64,000 nucleotides of DNA from Ignavibacteriota bacterium. GTDB lineage: Bacteria > Bacteroidota > Ignavibacteria > Palsa-1295. Where the stretch lies: assembly GCA_963787835.1 (NCBI GenBank), contig CAWBEI010000004.1:288001-352000 (forward strand), given 5' to 3'. A program made the position numbers and the translations under genes. Below are positions 47,034 to 57,677 of the stretch, in pieces. Under the pieces are notes generated by a model that worked only from the letters and a program-made list of their open reading frames with translations, was not told the origin of the DNA and searched no databases. Positions within the stretch are counted from its first letter, which is position 1, and each line of letters opens with the position of its first letter.

Positions 47034-47747
47034 CTATCTTTTTCCACCGCCTCTTACGGCGCTGCCAGATTTCACTGCTGGACCGGATGGCCGAGTGTAT
47101 CCGCCGCCATAATTCAGCTTTCTGCTGGCGGCCGGCATCGAGGGTGAGATCGATTTCATGGGCACTTGATGGACTACGCGATGGTACGTTGAGGGACCAG
47201 GCGCAGCATTTGGTTTGGCAACCGGCCGTTGCATGAATGTTACACGATTTGTATTTTCATTGAACGCACGAGGTACGAGTTCATGACCCGGCGCGGTATT
47301 CGTGATGATTCGGTTGTGGACTACGATGTCCCGATACTGATCGTACCCATGCGCAGGATAATTAGCACGGTAATAACCCTCGTTCAGCCACGGGCGAGAT
47401 ATAGTATGGTCGATGAGCACAATAAATGCGCCGCTGAGATCGATACCGGCATACTGCGGTGGTGGGCCTTGGCTGGATACCCAGACACCATCCGGGCCAA
47501 GATACCAGAACAGGCCATCCCAGACATCGTAGTACATGTCGTAATCGGGAAGGTAGTAATATCGGACAGTGCTGACGTTATCGTAGGGTGGCGCCCACGG
47601 GGGTGGCACGTAGGTAGGAATATCAACACCAATGCCAACGCGAATCTGAGCCATGCTCGGGCTTCCGACGCAGGCGACCCCAGCGATGAGAGCAAGAACG
47701 AACACAATGTGACGTAAAGTAATCAGCAGGTTAAAATGTTGTTTCAT
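47034..47747 (-). CDS. Hypothetical secreted Pro/Tyr-rich protein
   Basis: Signal peptide, then IRVGIGV...PPPWAP...VRYYYLPDYDMYYDV; start ATG 47747. Confidence 0.75.
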   Translation of the reverse strand: MKQHFNLLITLRHIVFVLALIAGVACVGSPSMAQIRVGIGVDIPTYVPPPWAPPYDNVSTVRYYYLPDYDMYYDVWDGLFWYLGPDGVWVSSQGPPPQYAGIDLSGAFIVLIDHTISRPWLNEGYYRANYPAHGYDQYRDIVVHNRIITNTAPGHELVPRAFNENTNRVTFMQRPVAKPNAAPGPSTYHRVVHQVPMKSISPSMPAASRKLNYGGGYTRPSGPAVKSGSAVRGGGKR

Positions 47748-47861
47748 AATGATACAAATAATGAATATTCCTCTACATATAAGCAAAATTCGTACCGATT
47801 CTTTGTGTGGACACTTGGTCTCAGGCAATGAGATTCCCTTAGCCATTGTTATCTCTTACCG

Positions 47862-48977
47862 ATGAGACCTACTCGCGCCGAAATTCAAACAGATTCTTTT
47901 CTCGCTAATCTCCGCCTTGTTCGTAAGCAGATCGGTGAGCGGGCACGTATCATGCCGATCGTGAAAGCGAATGCCTATGGACATGGCCTCGATATTATCG
48001 CAAAAGCAGCTATCCAAAGCGAAGAGATCGACTTCTTCGGTGTAGCGACCGAAGAAGAGGGAATGCGCCTGCGCAGGCTGACTACCCTCCCAATTCTCGT
48101 TCTCACAGGTGCCACGATAGATGACGTCGATACTTTTCTGAATCACCAGCTTGATTTTACGCTTTCGGATTGGGAGACGCTTGCATGTATTGCTGCCCGT
48201 GCTTCTGCAACGGGCATCCGTGCGCGAGTTCATTTGAAAGTCGATACCGGAATGCGGCGTATGGGCGTCGAACCATCAGAAGCGCTCCCATTTCTGCGCG
48301 AGATCGAACAACATTCTGCGAACGTCGAACTTGTCGGACTTTCAACACACTTTGCCACAAGCGATGAACTCGATCAGACTTTTTTTTGCAAACAGATAGC
48401 GGGGTTTGAATCTGTGGTGCGTGAGGCTCGCGGCGCAGGTATTCATATTCCTCTTGTTCATGCTGCAAATAGCGGGGCCATTTTGCAGGCGCCGAAGGAA
48501 TCAGCATTCGACATGGTGCGTCCGGGAATTATGTTGTATGGATATGCCCCGAACATGGAATTGCAAGAGCTTTTTGGAGAAGAACTTCACGCTTGTTTAA
48601 CGCTCGTGAGCACGGTGGTTTTGGTGAAGCAGATCAACGAAGGCGAGGGTGTAAGCTACAATCTTCGCTGGCGTGCCCCGCACCCGACGCGCATCGCGAC
48701 CGTCCCGATCGGTTATGGCGATGGCTATCCGCGCTTGCTCACAGGAAGAGCCTTGGCGATGATTAACGGGAGGATCTATCCTGTCGTTGGCGCGATATGT
48801 ATGGACCAAGTGATGATCGATGTGGGGAATGATGATGTGAAGATCGGTGACCGCGTTGAATTCATCTCAGCGACGAACAGCGAACTGAATGCGTGGTCGC
48901 TTGCGAACATTATCGGAACGATCCCATACGAAATTCTGACTGGTATTGCAGCACGGGTTCCAAGGGTTGCCATATAA
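47862..48977 (+). CDS. alr: Alanine racemase
   Basis: VKANAYGHG, HLKVDTGMRRMG, HAANSG, VRPGIMLYG, IGYGDGYPR, ICMDQ, TIPYEI. Confidence 0.98.
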   Translation: MRPTRAEIQTDSFLANLRLVRKQIGERARIMPIVKANAYGHGLDIIAKAAIQSEEIDFFGVATEEEGMRLRRLTTLPILVLTGATIDDVDTFLNHQLDFTLSDWETLACIAARASATGIRARVHLKVDTGMRRMGVEPSEALPFLREIEQHSANVELVGLSTHFATSDELDQTFFCKQIAGFESVVREARGAGIHIPLVHAANSGAILQAPKESAFDMVRPGIMLYGYAPNMELQELFGEELHACLTLVSTVVLVKQINEGEGVSYNLRWRAPHPTRIATVPIGYGDGYPRLLTGRALAMINGRIYPVVGAICMDQVMIDVGNDDVKIGDRVEFISATNSELNAWSLANIIGTIPYEILTGIAARVPRVAI

Positions 48978-48980
48978 TAC

Positions 48981-49433
48981 ATGGTTCACACTATGAAATG
49001 GATCAGCCGTTCCGAACAACAAACCGTATCCTTTGGCGAGGAATTTGGCAGGCAATACATTCGCGATGGGGTGGTCGTATGTGTGCATGGCGAACTTGGT
49101 GCTGGCAAAACACATTTTATCAAGGGGATCGCAGGTTCGCTTGGGATCGACGAGCGGGAGTTAACCTCGCCCACATTCGCGCTGGCTAATGAATATGAGT
49201 GTTTTAATATCGGTGTACCATTCACGCTGTATCATCTCGATTGCTACCGGTTCGAGAAGCCGGAAGAGTTACTCGAATTAGGAGTGGAGGATTATCTTTA
49301 TCCGCAGCACGCAGCAACGATCATCGAATGGCCGGAGCGGATCATTGGGCTGATTCCGGAGAATGCAATTCATGTGGTCATCGATGTTATTTCCGAAACT
49401 GAGCGGGTTATTGAGGTAAGGGTTAAGAAGTAA
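48981..49433 (+). CDS. tsaE: tRNA t6A ATPase TsaE
   Basis: GELGAGKT, SPTFAL, YHLDCYR, IEWPE. Confidence 0.96.
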   Translation: MVHTMKWISRSEQQTVSFGEEFGRQYIRDGVVVCVHGELGAGKTHFIKGIAGSLGIDERELTSPTFALANEYECFNIGVPFTLYHLDCYRFEKPEELLELGVEDYLYPQHAATIIEWPERIIGLIPENAIHVVIDVISETERVIEVRVKK

Positions 49434-49442
49434 AAATTATCT

Positions 49443-50099
49443 GTGATTTTAGTCCTCGATACATCTAGTTCCCAACTTTCTATCGGCCTATCTACTGCCG
49501 ATGGTACACTATTACGGGAGTTTCACGCGGAGCCAGATGCCGGTGCAGGCGAGCGGACAATTCACGATGCGCGTCTTGCGATCGAGACGTCAAAACTACT
49601 CCAAGCCGAATCTATGCCTGCGGACTCGATCACTCGCATTGGGCTGATCATTGGTCCGGGAAGTTTTACGGGACTCAGGATCGGACTTTCGTTCGCCAAA
49701 GGGTTGGCGTTCGCTACCGGAGCCGGGATAGCGCCACTGACGCTTCACGAAGTGTTACAGGCTGAAGCCAGTGGATTCGATGGGCTGATTGTTACTCCTG
49801 CCTACCGACAGGAGTTGTGCTATGTTTCGGAATCTATTCTTCCAAACGCGATCCAGCTGGTTACCGAGGAGGAGTTTTTGAAGCAATTACCTCGGGAGAT
49901 ACTTGCGCACGATTCCTTTCTGCTTCACGATCAGTCATTTATCCCCCCAACGTCGTCATTTGTATCGCTATCGTTGGCGGCCACGTCCCGTCTGACTGCG
50001 AGATCGTTAGAGGTTACCTTTGGTCCAGCCCTTGATGCGCTGGAGCCTCTTTATCTGACGGAATTTAGTGTTGGAATGCCCACCAAGGCCATAAATTAA
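49443..50099 (+). CDS. tsaB: tRNA t6A subunit TsaB
   Basis: ILVLDTSS, GPGSFTGLRIG, LEPLYL. Confidence 0.92.
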   Translation: MILVLDTSSSQLSIGLSTADGTLLREFHAEPDAGAGERTIHDARLAIETSKLLQAESMPADSITRIGLIIGPGSFTGLRIGLSFAKGLAFATGAGIAPLTLHEVLQAEASGFDGLIVTPAYRQELCYVSESILPNAIQLVTEEEFLKQLPREILAHDSFLLHDQSFIPPTSSFVSLSLAATSRLTARSLEVTFGPALDALEPLYLTEFSVGMPTKAIN

Positions 50100-50148
50100 A
50101 TTTTAGATTAATGGAGTTCCAGACATCGTGATCGGTGTTACTACACTA

Positions 50149-51081
50149 ATGCCTCGAAAGCTTAAGGAAGTATTAAAACCGCGGTCTGCCGCTGAATTGG
50201 TGCAGAGTGCATGCGAGGAGTCCCTTGTATCACTGAAGCGGTATCACGCTGGTGCACTGCGGTCTCAAGCGGAGCCGGTGCATCAGATGCGGATTGGCAC
50301 AAGGCGGCTGCGAGCAATGCTGCGTATCGTTGCCGATGTCATGGATAGTCAATGGGCGGTTGAACTCGACTCCGAATTGCGCTGGCTTGCGCATTTGCTG
50401 GGAGCAGTTCGTGATCTGGATGTGCTCCGCTCGCGCCTGTATGATTCTCTAAAAGCCGGGAATCCCGAGGAACGAGTAACCTTTCGGAATGTTGAACACG
50501 TGCTTATTTCCCGGCATCGCGATGCGAAGGCTGTGATGCTGGAAGGGCTTAAAAGCAAGCGGTATCAAGTATTATTGGAGCGCCTGAGTGCCGGAGCACT
50601 TGCTCCGCAGCTAACGCTGGAAGCGGGTGCATCGGCGCAGGCAGTATTTTTACCGAGGCTCGATCGAGCGTGGAAAAAGCTTTCCCGGGCTGCGGAAAAG
50701 TTGAAGCGATCCGATCCAGCGCCGGAATATCATCGCGTTCGAAAGATGGGAAAACGCATTCGGTATGTCGCCGAGTTACTCTGTTCTGATCTTTCACCGA
50801 AGAACCGCCAGCGAGCTCTGAAATTCATCAATGCGATGAAAAAGATGCAAGATACGCTCGGTGAGTTACAGGACGCGGATGTTGCATCGAAAACACTCAG
50901 GCTTATGTCCGAATTAGAAACAAAGCATCCTGAAGGCCTTCGCGAGCTCATACGAACTCAGGGAAAACTCGAAGAAAAGGCCCGACGCAAGTTTCCAAAA
51001 GTCTGGCAAGCCGCACATGAACTCGGAAACAATAAATGGATGTCGCCGCCAATTAATACCACACAAACACCCTCAACTTAA
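50149..51081 (+). CDS. CHAD domain protein (polyphosphate-binding)
   Basis: VHQMRIGTRRLRA, LGAVRDLDV, YHRVRKMGKRIRY, MQDTLGELQDADV. Confidence 0.93.
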   Translation: MPRKLKEVLKPRSAAELVQSACEESLVSLKRYHAGALRSQAEPVHQMRIGTRRLRAMLRIVADVMDSQWAVELDSELRWLAHLLGAVRDLDVLRSRLYDSLKAGNPEERVTFRNVEHVLISRHRDAKAVMLEGLKSKRYQVLLERLSAGALAPQLTLEAGASAQAVFLPRLDRAWKKLSRAAEKLKRSDPAPEYHRVRKMGKRIRYVAELLCSDLSPKNRQRALKFINAMKKMQDTLGELQDADVASKTLRLMSELETKHPEGLRELIRTQGKLEEKARRKFPKVWQAAHELGNNKWMSPPINTTQTPST

Positions 51082-51168
51082 TCTGATAATGATAATTTAA
51101 CACCCATTCCTACTACATTTGATGTTACAACAAAATATTTTTGCCCAAAGAGGGCTTTTTAGAAGAAC

Positions 51169-51840
51169 ATGATCTCATACGGTGACCATAAATTTCCAGG
51201 GCGGCTCTTTGTCGTTGAAGGTACGGATGGCAGTGGTAAATCCACGCAACTTGCTTTGCTTTATCAGTGGCTGAAGAGTGAAGGCTATCCCGTCATTTTT
51301 TCCGAATGGAATTCCTCACCGCTAGTCATGCAAACGACGAAGCGGGCGAAGAAGAAGACCCTCTTTACTCCAGCAACGTTTTCATTGCTACATGCAACAG
51401 ACTTTGCAGACCGCACAGAACGCGATATTATTCCACCGCTCAAAGCGGGAGCGATCGTGCTGGCGGATCGTTATATTTATACGGCCTTTGCACGCGATGT
51501 CACCCGAGGATGCGACCCCAAATGGGTGCGGCAGATCTATCGCTTTGCAGTCGAGCCAACGGTTCGGTTCTTCTTTCGCGCTCCGCTCGAAGTGGCCTTG
51601 GAACGTATTCTTTCGGGACGACCGGAATTAAAATACTATGAAGCCGGAATGGATCGCGGATTTGCCGATAATGAAGAGGATAGCTTTCGTATCTTTCAAG
51701 GAAAGATCCTCGATGAATACGATAAGATGGTGAGTGAATTCGGGCTTACCGTCATTGATGCAACTCGTTCGATCTTACAGCAGCAGCAAGAAATGCGCAA
51801 GATCATCACTCCACAATTAAAAGGACTCCAGAGGTTTTAA
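51169..51840 (+). CDS. Thymidylate-kinase-like P-loop protein 1
   Basis: VEGTDGSGKST, HATDFADR, ADRYIYTAFARD, LKYYEAGMD. Confidence 0.9.
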   Translation: MISYGDHKFPGRLFVVEGTDGSGKSTQLALLYQWLKSEGYPVIFSEWNSSPLVMQTTKRAKKKTLFTPATFSLLHATDFADRTERDIIPPLKAGAIVLADRYIYTAFARDVTRGCDPKWVRQIYRFAVEPTVRFFFRAPLEVALERILSGRPELKYYEAGMDRGFADNEEDSFRIFQGKILDEYDKMVSEFGLTVIDATRSILQQQQEMRKIITPQLKGLQRF

Positions 51841-52634
51841 ATGACTCCCATGCGATTTTACGGAACCCCTTTACCGGATGTCGATCTCAAGCCGTATCCT
51901 GGTAAACTTATCGTCATTGAAGGCACCGATGGCGTCGGACGCTCCACGCACATCGCGGAACTTCGGACGTGGCTGGAAGCCCAGGGATATGCCGTTGCCG
52001 ATACCGGTATGACTCGTTCTCAACTTGCCGGACAAGGCATCAAGGAGGCGAAAATGGGGCATACGCTTGGAAAGCTGACCATGCAGCTTTTCTATGCAAC
52101 CGACTTTGCCGACCGGCTTGATAACGAGATTATTCCGCCCTCAAAGCGGGTTTTATCGTGCTTACGGATCGCTATGTGTATTCTGCTATTGCACGCGCTG
52201 TCGCGCGGGGTATGGATCCTGAGTGGGTGCGCGACATTTATCGTATATCCGTTGTGCCGGACGCCATTTTTTATCTTCGCATCGATAGTATTTCTGATCT
52301 CGTGCTTCGATTGCTCGAAACCGGCAAAGGCTTCGATTACTGGGAATCTGGAATGGATGTTGGCTTGGGTGAGGATTTTTACGACAGTTTCGTTGCGTAT
52401 CAATCCAAACTATTGAAGGAGTTCGATCGAATGACATCGGAATACGATTTCAAAGTTATTCGTGCCTCTCGTTCAATCGCCCGCGTTTCGGCGGATCTGC
52501 GGCGAGCTGTGACAGCCGTGATCGATGCACCTTCGCTCGAACCGGAAGTCGTCCCGTCACCAAGGCAGATGGCGTCTGCTAACGTGGTAAGAAACAAGCA
52601 GCATGATAATGCTGAATTTCGGGCCGGTGTTTAG
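51841..52634 (+). CDS. Thymidylate-kinase-like P-loop protein 2 (1-nt frameshift near 52138, probably a sequence error)
   Basis: IEGTDGVGRST, YATDFADR; CCG CCC TC AAA GCG lacks one base before LKAGFIVLTDRYVYS; FDYWESGMD. Confidence 0.85.
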
Positions 52635-52649
52635 CGTTGGTTCTATCCA

Positions 52650-54217
52650 ATGAGAGTCGCCGCTGTAGATATTGGTTCGAATTCGATCAAGTTGCTCGTT
52701 GCGGAGACGGCTGCGAACGGTGCTCTATTGCCGCTCCGCAGAGAAAAATCTATGGTTCGTCTCGGTCATGAAACGCTGCTTAAAGGACATCTTTCGAGCG
52801 AGGCGATTGTCCAGGCCATTCGGACACTGAGTGTCTTTAAGACGCTCGCTCAAAATCTCGGAGCCGAGCAGATCATTGCCGTTGCGACGGCTTCCGTGCG
52901 TGAAGCAGACAATGCGCAAGCCTTTATTCGGGAAGTGGAGAGCCGCACAGGCATTCGTATTGAGGTGCTTTCTGGAATTGAGGAGGCAAGATTGATCGGG
53001 GTAGCGGCCGCTCGTGCAAGCGCCGTCAAGCCTCAATCACAAGGAAAAAGTCTTTTAAATATCGATGTTGGTGGTGGCTCGACCGAATTATCGTTGATGC
53101 GAGGCTCTAAGGCCATTAAGCTCGAATCGATGAAGATCGGGGCGGTACGGTTGTCAGAACAGTTTCTCAGTTCCGATCCACCGAAGCCGAAGGAACTTCT
53201 CGCAATGCAACGGGAGATCGAGGGTGCGCTCGAACGCCCCATGCGGGAAATGAAAGGTGAAAAATGGGGCATGGTCACCGGGACTTCTGGAACTATCCTT
53301 TCGATCGGAGCGGCCTTTCAATCCCTGGCGTACCCGGATAATGAATCGATCCCGGATGCGCGTGCCTCGCGCCAACTGCCAACCGTTACGATGACCCGAA
53401 GTGCTCTTTCCGAATTCAATCAGCATTTGGCCTCGCTTTCGCTTGCGGAGCGCAAGAAAATTCGTGGTATTTCGGAGCAGCGTGCCGAGATCATCGTGGC
53501 CGGCGGCAGATCATCGAACAGATCATGCATGCTTTCAAGATCGCTCGGATCACCACCTGCGATTGGGGCCTTCGCGAAGGAGTATTGCTCGATCGGCTTT
53601 CCGAGTGGAACGGAGTTCGCGCCACACGATCCAAGGAACTGGATGCGCGTCTTGCAGGGGCTGAGGCGTTAGGTGAGCGATTTGGCTACGAGGCTACGCA
53701 TGGAAAGCATGTCTCGAAGTTAGCGACAGAGCTCTTCGATCAAATACGATCCTTACATGGCCTGAAGCTCCATGACCGCACCTTGTTGGCCGCTGCTTCG
53801 ATCCTTCATGATATTGGTTATGCCATCTCGCCGGAATCGCATCACAAGCACTCACTGTACCTTATCCAGAACTCCGAATTGACGGGGTTCACAGATCTTG
53901 AACGGCAGGTCATTGCGAATATTGCGCGCTATCATCGTCGTGCCTTTCCAAAGCCAACGCATGACTCATTCAATAGTCTGAGCTTAGAAGATCAGAGCCG
54001 GGTCTGGATGTTGGGAGGTATTCTTCGTTTGGCGGACGCGATGGACCGTAGCCATGAATCGCGCATCAAAAATTTTAAGGCTGTGCTCCGCGCCGGTAAT
54101 ATCCGTCTCGCACTTCATAGTTCCAGACGGTGCGATCATGAAATATGGGCCATCGAACATAAGAAGGATATGTTCGAGGAAGCCTTCGGAGTAACTGTTC
54201 AATTGGTTACCGACTAA
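52650..54217 (+). CDS. ppx: Ppx/GppA exopolyphosphatase with HD domain (1-nt frameshift near 53505)
   Basis: AAVDIGSNS, VATASVREA, EEARL, IDVGGGSTE, RAEIIVAG / WGLREGVL, LHDIG, HHKHS, RLADAMDRSH. Confidence 0.9.
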
Positions 54218-54567
54218 GTATGTGTTCTCGCCTTCTTTTGTGCTACCACCCAGAGCCAAACCCCCGAACCTGCAAAAACGAATGACATCAGGCCGATACC
54301 AAGGAATCCAATAAGAGTATAGATCACATTTTGGAGTCCTGTAACATGGCTGCCACCTGACATATTGGAGAACGGTAGCAGCCCCGGAGAAAAATCATCC
54401 ACCCACTTCTGGGTTGTCACCGTAGTGCCGAACAGCTCGTCAGTAGTTTTTACCTCTACCATGGTTTGAGTTGTGGTCCAAAAATGATGGCCGATCGCAA
54501 ACCACCAAATGAGCAGAGCCGCAGCGATCGCAATGAAGAGAAAAGAGAGGTAGTGTCTGGATGTCAT
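54214..54567 (-). CDS. Small two-TM membrane protein
   Basis: Two hydrophobic segments flanking TDELFGTT...WVDDFSPGL. Confidence 0.7.
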   Translation of the reverse strand: MTSRHYLSFLFIAIAAALLIWWFAIGHHFWTTTQTMVEVKTTDELFGTTVTTQKWVDDFSPGLLPFSNMSGGSHVTGLQNVIYTLIGFLGIGLMSFVFAGSGVWLWVVAQKKARTHT

Positions 54568-54609
54568 CTGGTAGTTGGGGTTCAGGAGTAGAAATAAAGA
54601 AAAATGAGG

Positions 54610-55290
54610 TCACTGGGAACCCTTTGGAAGTGCATTCCCAAAGAGTTGAGCGGTGATCTTAATCGTCTCACCAACTTTGCTTCCGATCGTCCCTTCCTGG
54701 CCGGCGATCTTGAAATCTTTCAGTGAGATATTAAAATCGGCGGATATCATAACAAGGTCTCCGGGCGCTCGTTCGCGCGTTTTTTCACTCTCTGGTAAAT
54801 AGGTCATTTTAAAAGGGATAGACATCTGTTTTGAAACGCCGTGCATCGTAAAATTTCCAGCCACAGTGGCAGTCGCCGTGTTTCCACTGACCGAGATATT
54901 GGACACCGAGGAAATAGTAAAAGAGATTGCCGGATAACGATTGGCATCAAGCCATTCCGGGCTTTTAAGATGATGATCGCGGGTTTCATTGCCCGTCTTC
55001 ATCGTTGAGACTTGCGTCGAGATAGTGCCACGGATGGTGGAGAGATCGCGTGGATCCATCGTGAGGGTACCCGATACCCCTTCACTGGAGCCTTTGGTAT
55101 TTTCGAGTGGGGCCTCGCTTACCCATATAAATTGATTTTTATTGACTTTGTCATTCATCGTAACCAATTTCAGGCCGTTGGTGGATGAAAAACCTTGAGC
55201 GTAGAGAGTTCCTGCGGTAAGAGCAAATAGAACCGCAAGGAGGGAAACGGTCTGAAGTGTGGTTGATTTTAAGAATCGCATTGTTTTCAT
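54610..55290 (-). CDS. YceI family protein
   Basis: MKTGNETRDHHLKSPEWLDANRYPAISF, GNFTMHGVSK; start ATG 55290. Confidence 0.92.
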   Translation of the reverse strand: MKTMRFLKSTTLQTVSLLAVLFALTAGTLYAQGFSSTNGLKLVTMNDKVNKNQFIWVSEAPLENTKGSSEGVSGTLTMDPRDLSTIRGTISTQVSTMKTGNETRDHHLKSPEWLDANRYPAISFTISSVSNISVSGNTATATVAGNFTMHGVSKQMSIPFKMTYLPESEKTRERAPGDLVMISADFNISLKDFKIAGQEGTIGSKVGETIKITAQLFGNALPKGSQ

Positions 55291-55539
55291 TGTAGTTAGT
55301 GTCTCGAACATTAATAAAGACGCTAAATGCATCGTAGCAATTACAAACCGGGTCGATTTTTCGAACTTTTGACCGGTGAGGTCAAAAATACCCGTTGCAA
55401 CATATATTATAACGCTCTTTGAGCGTCGTTGTAACAAAGAAATTAATTATTAGGGATTAATGAGGATCTTCCAAGTTTTTTCTTGACGCAACGACACTAA
55501 TTAAAAATTGTTATTGAAACCAACTTACTCAATTATTTA

Positions 55540-55926
55540 GTGGAATTCAAACATCTATTTACGCTCGAAGAAGCGCAGGCCGTTCTACCGGATGTCCGAC
55601 AGATGCTTTCGGAATTAGTCGAACTCAAGACCGAATGTGACCGAAAGGGCTACGACGTTCATCGTCATCAATACTTCGGTGGTATGGGTCCGAACGGCCA
55701 AAAGGCATTCCCGACGGAGATGGAAAAACTTGCCGGAATTGCAGAGCAATTGAACGAGATGGGTATCGAGATCAAGGATCTTGATAAAGGTCTGATCGAT
55801 TTTCCATATCGCAGAGCGAATGGCAAAGTTGTTTTCTTGTGCTATCTTCTTGGCGAGCCAGCCATTGTAGCGTGGCACACGGTCGAAGGAGGTTTCGCAG
55901 CGAGAAGAAGCTTAGATACACTTTAA
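55540..55926 (+). CDS. DUF2203 family protein
   Basis: FTLEEAQAVLP, GIEIKDLDKGLIDFP, LCYLLGEP.I.AWH...GGFAARR. Confidence 0.9.
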   Translation: MEFKHLFTLEEAQAVLPDVRQMLSELVELKTECDRKGYDVHRHQYFGGMGPNGQKAFPTEMEKLAGIAEQLNEMGIEIKDLDKGLIDFPYRRANGKVVFLCYLLGEPAIVAWHTVEGGFAARRSLDTL

Positions 55927-55962
55927 TTCATAGTCACTTTCATTCTTTAACCGAAAGAAATA

Positions 55963-56823
55963 ATGAGAACAAGAAACGTTGATGGTCGAAACGGGCGAGC
56001 GCTGGAATTTGCCATGTGTCTTATTACACTGAGTGTCTATTGTGGTTGCAGCAAGCCTGAGCTGGGTGCGCCGAATATTGATTCTGGTGCGAAAAACGCC
56101 GTTGTTGACTCTGCGAAGCAAGCCCCAGCTCAACCATCTACAAGCAGTATGAGTAACTTAGCACTTATTGGACAAAAGATATTTTATAGCACAACGTATG
56201 GGAAAATCAAAGATGCGTGTGCTTCTTGTCACGTTGACGGCGAGCCTGCTACGAAGGATGCTCGCTTGCGGCCGGGACATTCCCTCGTGGGCGTTACCAG
56301 CCGCACCACTACCTGGAATGGGGCATTTAAAGGCGAGGGACTCGTAAAAAATGCTTATGGCGCTACGATGTGTGCCGTGATGTATGAGCATAGGGGCGAT
56401 GATCTTGCCACGGTCATTCCCAAAAGTGATATTGAGGCATTGAATGCTTATTTCGATGCTATAAAGAACAATCCTGGACCTATCACCAGTGACCTGAAGA
56501 TCCTTTGGGTAACGAAACCTGCTATTCATGAAGAAGATAACATCGACGAGCAAGCGGCAACAGCGGCCGCTAAAAAGATCATGATGCTACCCGGCGACCC
56601 CGTTGTGGGCAAGAATGTGTTTATACGCTCCTGCCAATACTGCCACGAAATGAACGAGAAGAAAGTTGGGCCAGCTATGGCAAAAGAAATGGATGACCCG
56701 CGTGCGGCGGCTAAGTCGGTTCGCTGTGGTTCCGGAGCTATGCCGTTCTACACCAGCGACATTTTATCCGATCAACAGATCGCGGATGCCATTGCCTACG
56801 TTCAGCAGCAACTCGGGAAATAG
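55963..56823 (+). CDS. Diheme cytochrome c lipoprotein
   Basis: CASCH and CQYCH heme motifs; lipobox-like CG-C; AMPFY...LSDQQIADAIAYV. Confidence 0.88.
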   Translation: MRTRNVDGRNGRALEFAMCLITLSVYCGCSKPELGAPNIDSGAKNAVVDSAKQAPAQPSTSSMSNLALIGQKIFYSTTYGKIKDACASCHVDGEPATKDARLRPGHSLVGVTSRTTTWNGAFKGEGLVKNAYGATMCAVMYEHRGDDLATVIPKSDIEALNAYFDAIKNNPGPITSDLKILWVTKPAIHEEDNIDEQAATAAAKKIMMLPGDPVVGKNVFIRSCQYCHEMNEKKVGPAMAKEMDDPRAAAKSVRCGSGAMPFYTSDILSDQQIADAIAYVQQQLGK

Positions 56824-56844
56824 GTATCAGGATGGGATTTTAAT

Positions 56845-57576
56845 TTAATCGACAGTAAATTCCAGCCGAACAGTGATCGAGGCGGTCTTCGCCTTTGAGG
56901 AAGTATTGAATGCGCCACCGCCAGAGAATTCTTCATTTGAGTTCTGCCCAGTGATCTGGAAAATTCCCATTGTCGCGTTCTGAAGTTTTCCTAATTTAGC
57001 GCCGGAATTCTGTGCGATCTTTTCTGCGCGATTCCGGGCATCTGCCGTTGCGGCAGCAAGCATTCGGATCTTCAGGTCGGAAAGTTTGGTGTAATAATAG
57101 GAAGGCTGCATCGAATAGAGTTCAACATCCTGGTTGATCAACTCCGTAACTTCACGGGAGATCTGTTCGATCTTATCGACTTCGCTGGATTGTATCTTCA
57201 CCGTCTGGGTAAGTTCGTAGCCGTCAAATATCTCCTCGTGTGTTTTATTATCGGCGCTGAAAACCATCTTCATTTTTTTGTTGATACTCACCGAGCCAAA
57301 AACGATCTCCTCGGGTTTCACACCCTTAGAAAGGAGATATTGTCGAACGATCTCCGCATCTCGTTTTACCTTGGAGTATGCATCTTTCAATTCCATTTCC
57401 TTTTCTGTGAACCATCCGTCCCAGACGATCACGTCGGACGTGAAATTTTCATTCGCAAGACCGGTAACAGTGATCGACTCATGCGTGGGGTGGGATTTTT
57501 TCCAAGCCCCACTAAGAAACATCGCGGACAGCACGATAGCCAGCGAAAATATGATCGCATTACTATAGGATTTCAT
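56845..57576 (-). CDS. SIMPL (DUF541) domain protein
   Basis: SITVTGLA...SDVIVW, YYYTKLSDLK..ML..AT.DA..RAE.IA, GIFQITG, FNTSSK.K. Confidence 0.9.
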   Translation of the reverse strand: MKSYSNAIIFSLAIVLSAMFLSGAWKKSHPTHESITVTGLANENFTSDVIVWDGWFTEKEMELKDAYSKVKRDAEIVRQYLLSKGVKPEEIVFGSVSINKKMKMVFSADNKTHEEIFDGYELTQTVKIQSSEVDKIEQISREVTELINQDVELYSMQPSYYYTKLSDLKIRMLAAATADARNRAEKIAQNSGAKLGKLQNATMGIFQITGQNSNEEFSGGGAFNTSSKAKTASITVRLEFTVD

Positions 57577-57677
57577 GTTCACTCCAATGTTTTACGAATG
57601 AAATAGCTAAATTTGAAAACAGACTTTCACATATTTCCGTTTTAAAGGAGTTAGCACAATAGCCTCGTGCTCCGAAT

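Noticed and set aside
51085-51103. Fur box (GATAATGATAAT...)
   Set aside because: Only 13 of 19 positions match, the right half is not palindromic, and the downstream genes are not iron-related.
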